From Octopus sinensis (lineage: Eukaryota): a stretch of DNA of 64,000 nt. The notes beneath the pieces were generated by a model. It had not been told where the DNA came from and did no database searches. It saw only the letters and a program-made list of their open reading frames with translations. Within the stretch, counting starts at the first letter, position 1. Every line of letters starts with the position of its first letter. The position numbers and the translations under genes were made by a program. Location: NCBI RefSeq assembly GCF_006345805.1, contig NC_043000.1, forward strand, positions 141,732,001-141,796,000, in the 5' to 3' direction. This document shows positions 14,615 through 26,527 of the stretch, in pieces.

Positions 14615-15170
14615 ATGGGAAAAAGTTTCTACTCTATTTGGTGCGATTGCAAAGGTGTAATTCACTTTATATTGTTACCACTTAATGCAACAATCAATGC
14701 TCAAGTCTACTGTCAGCAATTAGAGCGTTTGAACCAAGCTTTGAAGGAAAAAAGAGCCGCTTTATTGAGTCGAAAACGAGTGATGTTTCATCAGGACAAT
14801 GCGCAACCCCACACTGCAAAGATCATATCAAAGAATATCGAAGATGTCGGTTTGGAAAAATTTCTTCATCCAACTTATTCTCCCGACCTTACTCATTCAG
14901 GATACCATTTGTTTCATAGTTTACAGAATTATTAGGGGGACACAACTTTCGCAAGCCAGGAGGAGTTCGAACCTGACACTTCAGAGTTCTTCGCTTTGAA
15001 CCAAAAGAGTTTTACATCGATGGGATTAAAAAGCTTGTAAATAGATGGATGTAAGTCATAGATAATCAGGGAAACTACATTGATGATTAACTTTCAATTA
15101 AATATAACATCTGATCACTTGGATTCTTGATCCAAAATTCGGACAGAACTTATGGGATGTCTTGAGATAT
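14615..15170 (+). mobile_element. mariner transposon 3' half
   Basis: IWCDCKGVIHF..MFHQDNAQPHTA..HPTYSPDLTHSGYHLF (second catalytic D plus YSPDL); TIR-like end ..CGGACAGAACTTATGGGATGTCTTGAGATA. Confidence 0.85.
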
Positions 15171-15351
15171 ATACACCGGCGAAAATATATTTAAGACCGA
15201 CGATAAAAGTTCTATTTCTTACAAAATATTTTGTTACTAACACCATGCAAATTATTTATATCTTTTACACCTTATGCAAAATTTATTTCTCTTTCGAATG
15301 ATGCAAACAATTTTTATACAACTTCAAGAATTCTAATGCTAAATTAATATA

Positions 15352-15418
15352 TATTTCTTTACTGCCCACAAGGGGCTAAACATAGAGGGGACAAACAAGG
15401 ACAGACAAACGGATTAAG
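15352..15418 (-). mobile_element. SINE family A 3' fragment
   Basis: CCCACAAGGGGCTAAACATAGAGGGGACAAACAAGGACAGAC. Confidence 0.8.
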
Positions 15419-15577
15419 AAATGACTAAAATTATTAATAAATTGTATAATAACATTAAATTATAACTTTATATGGTGTATTTAGGCTCGTTGTGTGACCA
15501 CCCATTATGGCCAAAATAATTGCATACATATTACATGGTGTTAAACTAATTTTGCCGGTAAATTTGAAACGTTTATA

Positions 15578-15696
15578 TTACGTTCTGAGTTCAAATTCCG
15601 CCGAGGTCGACTTTGCCTTTCATCCTTTCGGGGTCGATAAATTAAGTACCAGTTACGCACTGGTGCGTAACTGGTACTTAATTTATCGACCCCGAA
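15578..15696 (+). mobile_element. SINE family A internal fragment folded back on itself (34-bp perfect inverted repeat)
   Basis: Arms 15627-15660 and 15663-15696, with a 2-nt spacer. Confidence 0.85.
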
Positions 15697-16439
15697 TGCA
15701 GTTGTGCTCTTGGAAGCTGCAGGGTTACCCGAGCATAAAGGTTGGGTATTATTTCTAATTCAATGGTACAACAGTGTAACAGTTACATTGTGATTTCTGC
15801 AATGTCGTGCATAAATTGTTAAGTAAATGAGAGGCATCTTTGTCTCCACTGATTCAGTTGCAAAGTGTTGAGTAAAGTTATTTGATTGCAGACCTCCTTT
15901 CAGTCTTTTTATTATCACTCGGTCAAACATAGTCCCCAGATGGTAACAATGATTACAAGGCCTTCCCAGTTGAGTGACTGGTTATTCAAATACATATTTA
16001 GATTTTAAATTAATTCTGTCCAGTTACGTATCAGTATAGTGGTCATTTGCAAACTCCAGATGTGACAATTTAATTTCTCCTAAGCCCTCACGTCACACAG
16101 TTGTTAATGTTGATATCAGTTGGGTCACGCCCTTCCAATTGCTATAGATTCATAATGCATCTTACGGCTGTGCCTGTCAACTGGATGGTGAGGAATCCTA
16201 CATTGGGAGTGGTAACGACCAGGGTAGGGTAACTGACTGCTTATTGTGATCATTCGTCTTTTGGTTTCCATGTGGCACGATTACAAATTTTTAGGGTATG
16301 TAAAGAGGGAAACAACCCTCATCTGCAATTTTGATGAAATTCGAAACATAGATATTCCAGTTCATTCAGAAAATATAACAGAAAAGTCTAATTCTTCAAT
16401 TGAATGTAACCGGGCAACGCCGGATATCTCTGCTAGTAC

Positions 16440-16652
16440 ACACACACACACACACACATATATATACATACATATAGATCTATAGATATATACTATATAT
16501 AAATATGAATCTATATATATATATATATATTATATATATATATATACATGTGTATATATTATATATATATATAATATATATATTATATATATATTATATA
16601 TATATATATATGCATATACGTATACACATATACATGTATACATATACATCTA

Positions 16653-16719
<67 letters not shown>

Positions 16720-16740
16720 ATGTGTGTGTGTGTGTGTGTA
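16440..16740. repeat. (CA)/(TA)/(TATC)/(TG) compound microsatellite
   Basis: Visible repeat. Confidence 0.95.
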
Positions 16741-16799
16741 TACATGGTTGTATATATGTGAGATAATAGTTTCATTTTCATAGTTTCAGTATTAATAGT

Positions 16800-17040
16800 G
16801 AAACTATTAATCTGAACGTATGTCACTTTTGACACGTAATGTAAGAGATAAGAGATTTTTCCGGGCTCGCATTAGACAGGCAGTTGAAAATGTGTTTTGC
16901 TCATAACGCTGCATTGACCCTACGTAAGGCGCGTGTAAAATTTGAATGAAATTGGTTGGGTAGTTCTCGAGCTTTAGTGATGCACACATACAGACAGACA
17001 GATAGACAGACACACATTCTCAGTTTCATATATGTAGATT
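16800..17040 (-). mobile_element. Non-autonomous Helitron-like element, 5' part
   Basis: Minus strand begins A|TCTACATATATGAAA..(TCTG)n..CTCGAGAACTACCCAACCAATTTCATTCAAATTTT, the layout of microsatellite-bearing Lep1/HINE-like elements; no CTAG 3' end found. Confidence 0.45.
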
Positions 17041-17179
17041 ACCTGAGGTACACCTATAAGTTTTCGAACAAAACATAGGTGAAACTCACACAACCTTTAT
17101 ATCAAGTTTTTGATATATAGTAATGTGTGCAGGTGTTTGTGTGGGGTGTGTTGGTAGTTGGCCGCCTCTGTATCTGCAT

Positions 17180-17365
<186 letters not shown>

Positions 17366-18034
17366 ATTTGCATACATGTTTTGTGTGCTATATATAAAGT
17401 TTTCTCAAGCGATGCTAAAAATAAATCTAACTATATAGGTTCATAGCTATATAGGTTCATGGTTTCTACTAATAGCTGAAGAGCATCGGAAAATTTGCGA
17501 TTGTTCATGTATTGAGATACGTGGAATTATAGCACGTATTGTTACATATTCCTGAAAAGAAAAGCAAAGGCTGAAAAAATAAAAAAAAACATATACATAT
17601 CCCTTAGACAAGCACATGCAGATAAAATTTACACTCAGATAGACAGGCTCCCATTGAGACAACTGCGACTGTTCAATCCAATACATATAAGGAGATATTT
17701 GCAATACTTCATTTAGCTTACTAATGAAAACACACACAACATACGCATATAACATATCAAAATATGTTTAATGACTAATTTTACATTATCTTCTGATATT
17801 TCACGTTAACCATAGATGAGTACTATCGATAAAATCGTAGTATAATCTTAGATTTAATGGATCTTCTATCCGCACTTGGTTTCACGCTAGCGCTTACTAC
17901 CTGCGTAATTCAGTTTTATTTTATGGATTATTAGCGAAGGAATCCGGCAGCAGCCAAGGCCATCACATGATCTCCGGGAGGGGAAAGAGAAACCATGGAC
18001 CTCTACTAACATCAACATATTTTGTTCATTTCAG

Positions 18035-18088
18035 ACCAGAGTAAAAGTTACTCATGGTATTACACCGGACCTGCAATCCAAATTACAG
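18035..18088 (+). CDS. Candidate 54-nt internal exon of an unidentified host gene
   Basis: TACTAAC branch point (18004-18010), ATTTTGTTCATTTCAG acceptor, CAG|GTAATT donor; open in phase 0 (TRVKVTHGITPDLQSKLQ) and phase 1 (DQSKSYSWYYTGPAIQIT). Confidence 0.4.
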
Positions 18089-18909
18089 GTAATTCAATGG
18101 TTTATGCAGGCTTTATGTACCGTTTTTAATAACAATGTTCGCGTTGAGCAGATATTATAGCAGAAGGCAAATGCTTGTGTCACAAGCATGTAACACGGAC
18201 ATACCTGAGTACAATAAGAGCCTGATAATGACATAGCAATGCATATCAATTTACAAATTTCTGTTCCTGAATGCATAGAGCTAATGCATATTTAACAAAC
18301 TTGTTGCTGCATACAACACTATTAGAACATACATATCCTCTTAGAATTCTTAAGTTTGAAGATCCAAAAGCTCATTTACAAATATATTACAGGAACATGA
18401 ATCAAAATAGTAATATGATAAAACAAAACATTCCTATCATGCAATCATTTAATAAATCGATATTGTTTAAAACGTGGTTCTCTAAGCTCCCTCTTGACTG
18501 TGTCTGTAGCCTATTGTTGTAGTTATTCTAGTGATGAACAAGACGATTGTGAAGACGTTATCGTGATAAGGACGATTAGTATGTCAACAAGAGAATAGAA
18601 TGAGAATCAGAAAGGCAATAAGTAACACGGGGGCGACAAGAAAAAGGAGCATTTCACAAGAATTTGGTTGGTGTTTTGAAGAAAATAGCCAAGATTTGAA
18701 TTGATTGGGCAAACCATTTCATTACAGTTACATTAGCAACATCCCTGAGAATGTCAGAAAATCACACAATCTCATTTCCTTACTACCACATACTAGAATT
18801 ATTTTGCTTCTTGTCAGGGATGGATTCATCATGTTCTTACAAGTCATATGGGAAATTACAAATGGAATTCGACAGGGAGTGGAAACGAGGCAGTTGACCC
18901 TGAAAACTA

Positions 18910-19143
18910 CGCGCACGCACACACACACACACAAACACACAAACATATATTGATACATATGCATATCCATATAGATGTCTATGTGTATGTATATATAAAT
19001 ATGCATATATGCATATAAGTGTATGCACACATACTCACACAAGTATACATACATACATACATATATATATATATACATACATATGTGTGTGTGTGTGCGT
19101 GTGCATATATATTTATGTATATATATATGTGTGTGTGTGTATA

Positions 19144-19188
<45 letters not shown>

Positions 19189-19389
19189 TGACAAAAAGTG
19201 CAAGGTTACTCATACGTCGTGAAGCGTATAGTCGATTAAATCGACCCAATATTGTACATGCCTGTTAGATATTTTTATTGACTCCTCAGGGATGTAAGGA
19301 AATGGATAATCGATATTGTGTGATTCCATTTCAGAACATTGCTATGTGATGTGTATATACCTTGTAAAGAAAAAAGAAACACGTACACA

Positions 19390-19480
<91 letters not shown>

Positions 19481-19527
19481 AATACATGTGTATGTGTATG
19501 TACCTTGTAAAGAAAAAAGAAACATGT

Positions 19528-19566
<39 letters not shown>

Positions 19567-19599
19567 AATACATCTGTCTGTCTGTCTTCTATCTGTCTG

Positions 19600-19632
<33 letters not shown>

Positions 19633-19739
19633 TATATATATATATCATATATGCTTCTGATGCTTCATCCTACTGTATCTACTTATAAGCTTATATGCTT
19701 TCGTATCAATGTATTGCTTTGTGTGTGTATGCATTCGTT

Positions 19740-19770
<31 letters not shown>
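18910..19770. repeat. Cluster of (CA)/(TA)/(TG)/(CT) microsatellites
   Basis: Visible repeats; includes a local duplication at 19355-19575. Confidence 0.9.
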
Positions 19771-19774
<4 letters not shown>

Positions 19775-20104
19775 AGAATACATATCACGAAGTGTAATAA
19801 AGTGTGACAATAAGAAAGAGGTAAATAATAATATCAGTAATAGGAAAAACATCATTGAATGATGGGATGCCAACAGAAACAACAACAGCAATATAAATAA
19901 GAAGAGACTTAATATTGCAATTAAGAGAAAAGAAAAAAGACTCACAACACAGATAACTAAATCAACAACAGCAGCTTTAACACTCACATCAACACCATCT
20001 TCAGCATGTGGAACAAAAACACAATTGAAAAAAAAATAGGTCAATATTACTTTTAGTACCATCACGCCCCATCCCCGGCCCTGAAATACCGCTAGTAATA
20101 AAAC

Positions 20105-21375
<1,271 letters not shown>

Positions 21376-21705
21376 GACAATGAAGAAAAGCCATAGAATA
21401 TACAGAAAGAAAATAAATCTCAATGAACGAATAGAAATTAATTAACACATGGAAAAATATATATAAAGAGACAAGCACGTAGTGATAAAATACAACTGGG
21501 GGAATATGCAGTTGTATAAAGAAAAAACAAATTGTAACAAGAATAACGTCTTCCTGGCGTTGTTGTGGAAGAAAGGGAGAAATGACGATGTGACTACCTT
21601 GAGTTCGCATTTTAGCTTTAGTAAATTTGATTATCAATACTGATGATGTAAGTGTTTAAATTTACGTCTGCTGTGAATCGACTGTCCTCCAACTGTCCTC
21701 TAATA

Positions 21706-21883
21706 GGCGCAGGCGTGGCTCTGTGGTAAGTAGCTTGCTTACTAATCACGTGGTTCCGGGTTCAGTCCCACTGCGTGGCAACTTGGGCAAATGTCTTCTA
21801 CTATAATAGCCGCGGGCCGACGAAAGCCTTGTGAGTGGATTTGGTAGACGGAACTGAAAGAAGCCCGTCGTATATATATATAT

Positions 21884-21924
<41 letters not shown>

Positions 21925-21927
21925 TAT

Positions 21928-21979
<52 letters not shown>

Positions 21980-22345
21980 AAAGCAACAAGAATGGATCAA
22001 TATATCGGTACAATTGTTTCGTACGAAGACATATTTAATAAGGCTACAAAAATTGCAGTAAATATAGGTGGCTCGTACTCATCAGCCGAAAACCATCCGA
22101 GATTCCCAAACATCAAAGGGGTAATATATATATATATATATGTGTGTATGTATATGTTTGTGTGTCTTAGTTTGTCCCCCCAACATCGCTTGACAACCGA
22201 TTCTGGTGTGTTTACGTTTCGTCACTTAGTGGTTCGGCAAGAAAGAGTGACAGAATAAGTACTAGGCTTACAAAAAAGAAGTCCTGGGGTCGATTTGCTC
22301 GACTAAAGGCGGTGCTCCAGCATGGCTGCAGTAAAAGTGTAAAAG
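21706..22345 (+). mobile_element. tRNA-derived SINE family B with an internal (TA)n tract carrying a 147-nt insertion
   Basis: Head GGCGCAGGCGTGGCT..GGTAAG..GGTTCAGTCCC, body as in 34910-35295; foreign segment 21976-22122. Confidence 0.85.
22005..22089 (-). ncRNA. Type I hammerhead ribozyme, canonical core
   Basis: UCGG-CUGAUGA-GUACGA[45 nt]UCGUAC-GAAA-C-AAUU-G-U-A-CCGA: stem I 4 bp, stem II 6 bp, loop III palindrome ACAAUUGU, GUA cleavage triplet. Confidence 0.8.
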
Positions 22346-22889
22346 AGAGACCAAATTACCTCCATCTGTACGCCTTATTTTATTCTTAAATATTTTATTC
22401 TGAAATAGATTACTTTATCCTGGAAGATAATTTATGAAAGGCGTTTTGGTAACGCGTTTGGTCTTATAGTTCTAGTAGTGAGATGGATCGCATAGAATGT
22501 CCCTCATTCGTTCGACTTTTGTATTGTAGAGAAAATTTCCCAACCATGTGGAAGTACTAATATAATGACCAGTAATCTTACCTTGATATACAGAAAACTG
22601 TACAAAAAACTCAGTATAAAAATTAAGAAGATATGCGCATTCTAATACCATACTGTAGAAATTCAACGCATGGTGTCATGAAAGTAAAATACATTCATAC
22701 GCAATAATCCATATATATGTGTATGTGGCTGGTATAGTAAAGATAATTTGCCAACATAACCAGACAGTCGAATGTTACTGATATTTAGCCCAGGAAACAT
22801 TGCGACCACCTGGTTATACGACACATCTGTGTCCTTATATTTTCGAACTAGGGAGTTTTTCATCTCCACTCAGCGCAGAGCAATATTTA

Positions 22890-22928
22890 TGTGTCGCGAT
22901 TTCTAGGTTATTTCCCTTCATCAGCACA
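22890..22928 (-). ncRNA. Degenerate hammerhead (cleavage dinucleotide missing)
   Basis: UGUG-CUGAUGA-AGGGAAAUAACCUA-GAAA-UCGCGA-CACA; core and stem I intact, no U16.1/H17. Confidence 0.45.
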
Positions 22929-23012
22929 GGATAACTGTTCGGCTAGAGGTGGTGCTGCTACATTTTTGTTCGAAATATATTTCGAACAAGGCGATGTTCC
23001 AGCATGGCCGCA

Positions 23013-23315
23013 GTTACGACGACGAGGGTCTCAGCTGATACGATCAACGGAACAAACAGCTTGTTCTTGAAATTAACGTGTAAGTGGCTGAGCACTCCAT
23101 AGACACATGTACCCTTAACGTTCTCGGGGATATTCGGCGTGACACAGAGTGTAACAAGGCTAACCCTTTGAAATACAGGTACTACCCATTTTTGCCAGCT
23201 GAGTGGACTGCAACAACGTGAGATGAAGTGGCTTGCTTAAGGACACAACGCGTCACCGGGAATTAAACTCGTGATACGATCGTGAACCAAATGCCCTAAC
23301 TACTAAGCCACGCGC
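23013..23315 (-). mobile_element. tRNA-derived SINE family C (head type 1)
   Basis: Head GCGCGTGGCTTAGTAGTTAGGG..GAGTTTAATTCC; body homologous to 52088-52402. Confidence 0.85.
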
Positions 23316-23536
23316 TTTCGCACACGCACAGATAGACACATACACACATAGACACATGTTTATATACATATATGTGAGTATATATATATATATATATATA
23401 TATTTATTTATATATAAAAAATAGTAAAAAGTGAAAAAACTACAGAAGGCTTGTTTCAAAAGGTTAAAAAATATATATTTGAGTCAATATGTCTGAAGAA
23501 TGTTATACATTTTTTTCTTACAATGACATAATTTAG

Positions 23537-23576
23537 AAGAAATGACCGGTTTCACGTTCAGCTTTTCAAATTTCTT
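23537..23576 (-). ncRNA. Minimal type I hammerhead-like motif, U3-A8 variant (left arm)
   Basis: AAGAAAU-UUGAAAA-GC UGAAC GU-GAAAC CG GUC-AUUUCUU. Confidence 0.6.
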
Positions 23577-24060
23577 ACATCGTTATGTTTACGTTGAGAA
23601 GAGTTATCGTTATGTTTATGTTGAGAAGAGTTCCAAAAATGCTCGGGCTGCCACCAAGACTACGTGGGATCCACGGGACTATCACTCAGACGTAGATGCA
23701 CACTGCAACGACAACAGATTGCATTCCCAGAATACAGAATGATACCCTTTAGTGAGCACATTGAGAAATGCGCAAAGCAACTACTACCACAAATTTTAAT
23801 CTTTCCATTTTACCAATGTGTCATCGGAACACCAACATAAATTAGACTAAACAAGGAAACATTCTTCATTGAAAAGTAGAAGCCCAGACCTAACCATTCC
23901 AACATACTTATACAGAGAAATTCACTCCAAAGGAAAGGCAAAACAGTTTAAGCGATTATCTCCCTTACACCGGAAGAAATCACTTATTACCTCCCCTTAT
24001 TTTGAACTCTTCTCAACATAAACATAACGATAACTCTTCTCAACGTAAACATAACGATGT

Positions 24061-24100
24061 AAGAAATTTGAAAAGCTGAACGCGAAACCGGTCATTTCTT
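24061..24100 (+). ncRNA. Minimal type I hammerhead-like motif, U3-A8 variant (right arm)
   Basis: AAGAAAU-UUGAAAA-GC UGAAC GC-GAAAC CG GUC-AUUUCUU; 7-bp stem I, palindromic ACCGGU, GUC triplet. Confidence 0.65.
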
Positions 24101-24282
24101 CTAAACTATGTCATTGTAAGAAAAAAATGTATAACATTCTTCAGACATATTGACTCAAATATATATTTTTTAACCTTTTAAAACAAGCCTTCTGTAGTTT
24201 TTTCACTTTTTACTATTTTCTATATATTCAACCACGTGCTTTCACAAACCAACTTTCTCATCTCTCTCTCTCCTCTCTCTCT

Positions 24283-24335
<53 letters not shown>

Positions 24336-24596
24336 TCGATGGTCACTACCATCGAAGACGTCGTTTGAACGTTCAGCTTTTTGTCAAACGATCCGCATTA
24401 ATAATTTGTTTATAGTGATCAAATGTGCCACACATTAGCTCAGGCCATCCATCAAATCGATGTTGTCCCAACAGTTGCACGGTGTACCATCCGTCAGCCA
24501 TCGAAGGACTCACAGAATAATGTGAGATGAACCGTTTAGTAATAGTGGTTGTGGTGCTGTCATTTCTTTCTCACGCCAATATTCAGTCTATTTCCA

Positions 24597-24815
24597 AAGT
24601 GGCCAACTGGCAGAATTTGTTACCTCACCGCGCAGCATTGTTAGAGGCATTTCGTTTCTCTTTACGTTCCAGGTGGAAATTCTGCCTAGGTTGACTTTGC
24701 CTTATTCTCCCTTTGGGATCTATAAAATAAGTACTAGTTGGGAACTGGGGTCGTTGTAATCGAGTGAAACTCTTCCTCGAAACTGCTGGCCTCGTACTAA
24801 AGTTTGAAATCATTA
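24597..24815 (+). mobile_element. SINE family A-related, old copy
   Basis: ACTGGCAGAA..GGTTGACTTTGCCTT..GAACTGGGGTCG. Confidence 0.6.
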
Positions 24816-24861
24816 TTTTATTCCGGTTTTAGATTCTGATTTCGAACGTCGCCAAGGTCGA

Positions 24862-25005
24862 AAAGTACAACAGGGTTCACCCACCCCCTGCCGAAGCATC
24901 GTGGATCTAGAGGTGTTTACGCTCAATAAACACACACAGCGCCCGGTCTGGGAATCGAAACCGCGATCCTCCGACCGCGAGTCCGCTGCCCTAACCACTC
25001 GGCCA
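24862..25005 (-). mobile_element. SINE family C head type 2 (tRNA-like), truncated
   Basis: GGCCGAGTGGTTAGGGCAGCGGACTCGCGG..GGTTTCGATTCCCAGACCGGG on the minus strand. Confidence 0.8.
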
Positions 25006-25224
25006 TCGTTTTCGGGATCGTTTTCTAGGCCATCGTTTTCTAGGTCATCGTTTTCGGGATCGATAAAATAGGAACCATTTGAGCAGTGGCATCGGTGTTA
25101 AAAACTAGTCTTTCCACCAAAATTCCTATAATAGGAAGACTTATTAATTCTTTTGTCATATTAAATACCAGTGATAATGTGATATATCACAGATATATAT
25201 ATATTTTTTGCTCCATTTTCAAGC

Positions 25225-25485
25225 CTAACCAGGAACATGGGCCCAGTTTCTGTGGCGTATGTGTTCCCCAGCCCATCGCAGCGTTACTCAACAAACAGGA
25301 AGAGAGATTGAGAGAAAGTTGTGGATAAGAGAACAACAGGGGTCACCCACCCCCTGTCGAAGCCTCGTGGATCTTTAGGTGTTTACGCTCGATAAACACA
25401 CACACAGCACCCGGTCTGGGAATCGAAACCGTGATCCTCCGACCGCAAGTCCGCTGCCCTAACCACTCAGCCATTGCGCCTCCAC
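25225..25485 (-). mobile_element. SINE family C head type 2 with a variant 3' part
   Basis: GGAGGCGCAATGGCTGAGTGGTTAGGGCAGCGGAC..GGTTTCGATTCCC; matches 55800-55999. Confidence 0.8.
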
Positions 25486-25789
25486 AAGTCACAAGTATAC
25501 GAATATTCAAACATTAATATTGAGAGGTATTCGAAATAAGAGTGAAGTTTAACACGGTGGATCATCCCGCTAAAAATAGTTGCCAGACTTCTCTACATCA
25601 GTAAATAAGTTTTAAATAAAGAAGCAACACATTGGGCAATGTTGTCTTAGATAAAATTTGTGCAAAAAAAGAAAAGGACTGGCTACTACTGCGACGCATT
25701 TAATTTATAGTTTTTCATTATTACAGTTGATATTGGCCAACCCAACAACAATACTTTTAATAGAAATAATTTTGACAAAAGACCGGCAA

Positions 25790-25960
25790 TTTTGAGGGAT
25801 GGAGTACAGCCGACGACCTCGACTCAACTAGGTGAGTTTTACTTATTTTGTTGATCAAGAATGTAGGACAGGCGTTGAACACCTCGGTAGAATTGAACTC
25901 AGAACTTAAAGAACTAGAAAATTGTCGTTTAATATTATGTCAAATGCTTCAGCCTGTTCG
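25790..25960 (-). mobile_element. SINE family A-related, highly diverged
   Basis: CCTCGGTAGAATTGAACTCAGAAC motif. Confidence 0.5.
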
Positions 25961-26068
25961 CCAATTTAGTACTATTACTAATTCGAAATAACTGAGGCCT
26001 GCCTTTTGCCAGAGTCCAGTTGCTTATTTATTGGTAGAATCCCGATTATTAAATACATCGAAAGAGTA

Positions 26069-26225
26069 TCAGGGGTGGCTATGTGGTAAGTAGCTTGCTC
26101 ACCAACCACATGGTTCCGGATTCAGTTCCACTGCTTGGCACCTTGGGCAAGTGTATTCTACTATAGCCTCGGGCCGACCAAAACCTTGTGAGTGGATTTG
26201 GTCGACGAAAATTGAAAGAAGCCCG

Positions 26226-26283
<58 letters not shown>

Positions 26284-26460
26284 ACAACTGATGCTGGTGT
26301 GCTAACGTCCCCGTCACTTAGCGGTTCGGCAAGAGAGACCGATAGAATAAGTAATAGGCTTACAAAGAATAAGCCCGGGAGTTGATTTGCTCGACTAAAT
26401 GCGGTGCTCCAGCATGGCCGCAGTCAAATGACTGGAACATATAAAAGAATAAAAAGAATT
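26069..26460 (+). mobile_element. SINE family B
   Basis: Full head, (TA)n, body, and CAGCATGGCCGCAGTCAAATGACTG tail. Confidence 0.85.
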
Positions 26461-26488
26461 ATTTGCGCCCGCGCCCACGCACGCACGT

Positions 26489-26527
<39 letters not shown>

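Larger units (their letters stand above)
23411..24226 (+). mobile_element. 5'-truncated Penelope-like element with an inverted copy of its 3' end (inverted pLTR)
   Basis: Arms 23411-23633 and 24004-24226 (223 bp, 4 mismatches); the centre translates KCSGCHQDYVGSTGLSLRRR..RQQI..IFPFYQC..RLNKETFFIEK*KP (GIY-YIG second half, two stops). Confidence 0.8.

Noticed and set aside
17521-17551. Strong minus-strand acceptor with a possible 31-nt exon
   Set aside because: Only a weak donor; the A-rich tract could be chance.
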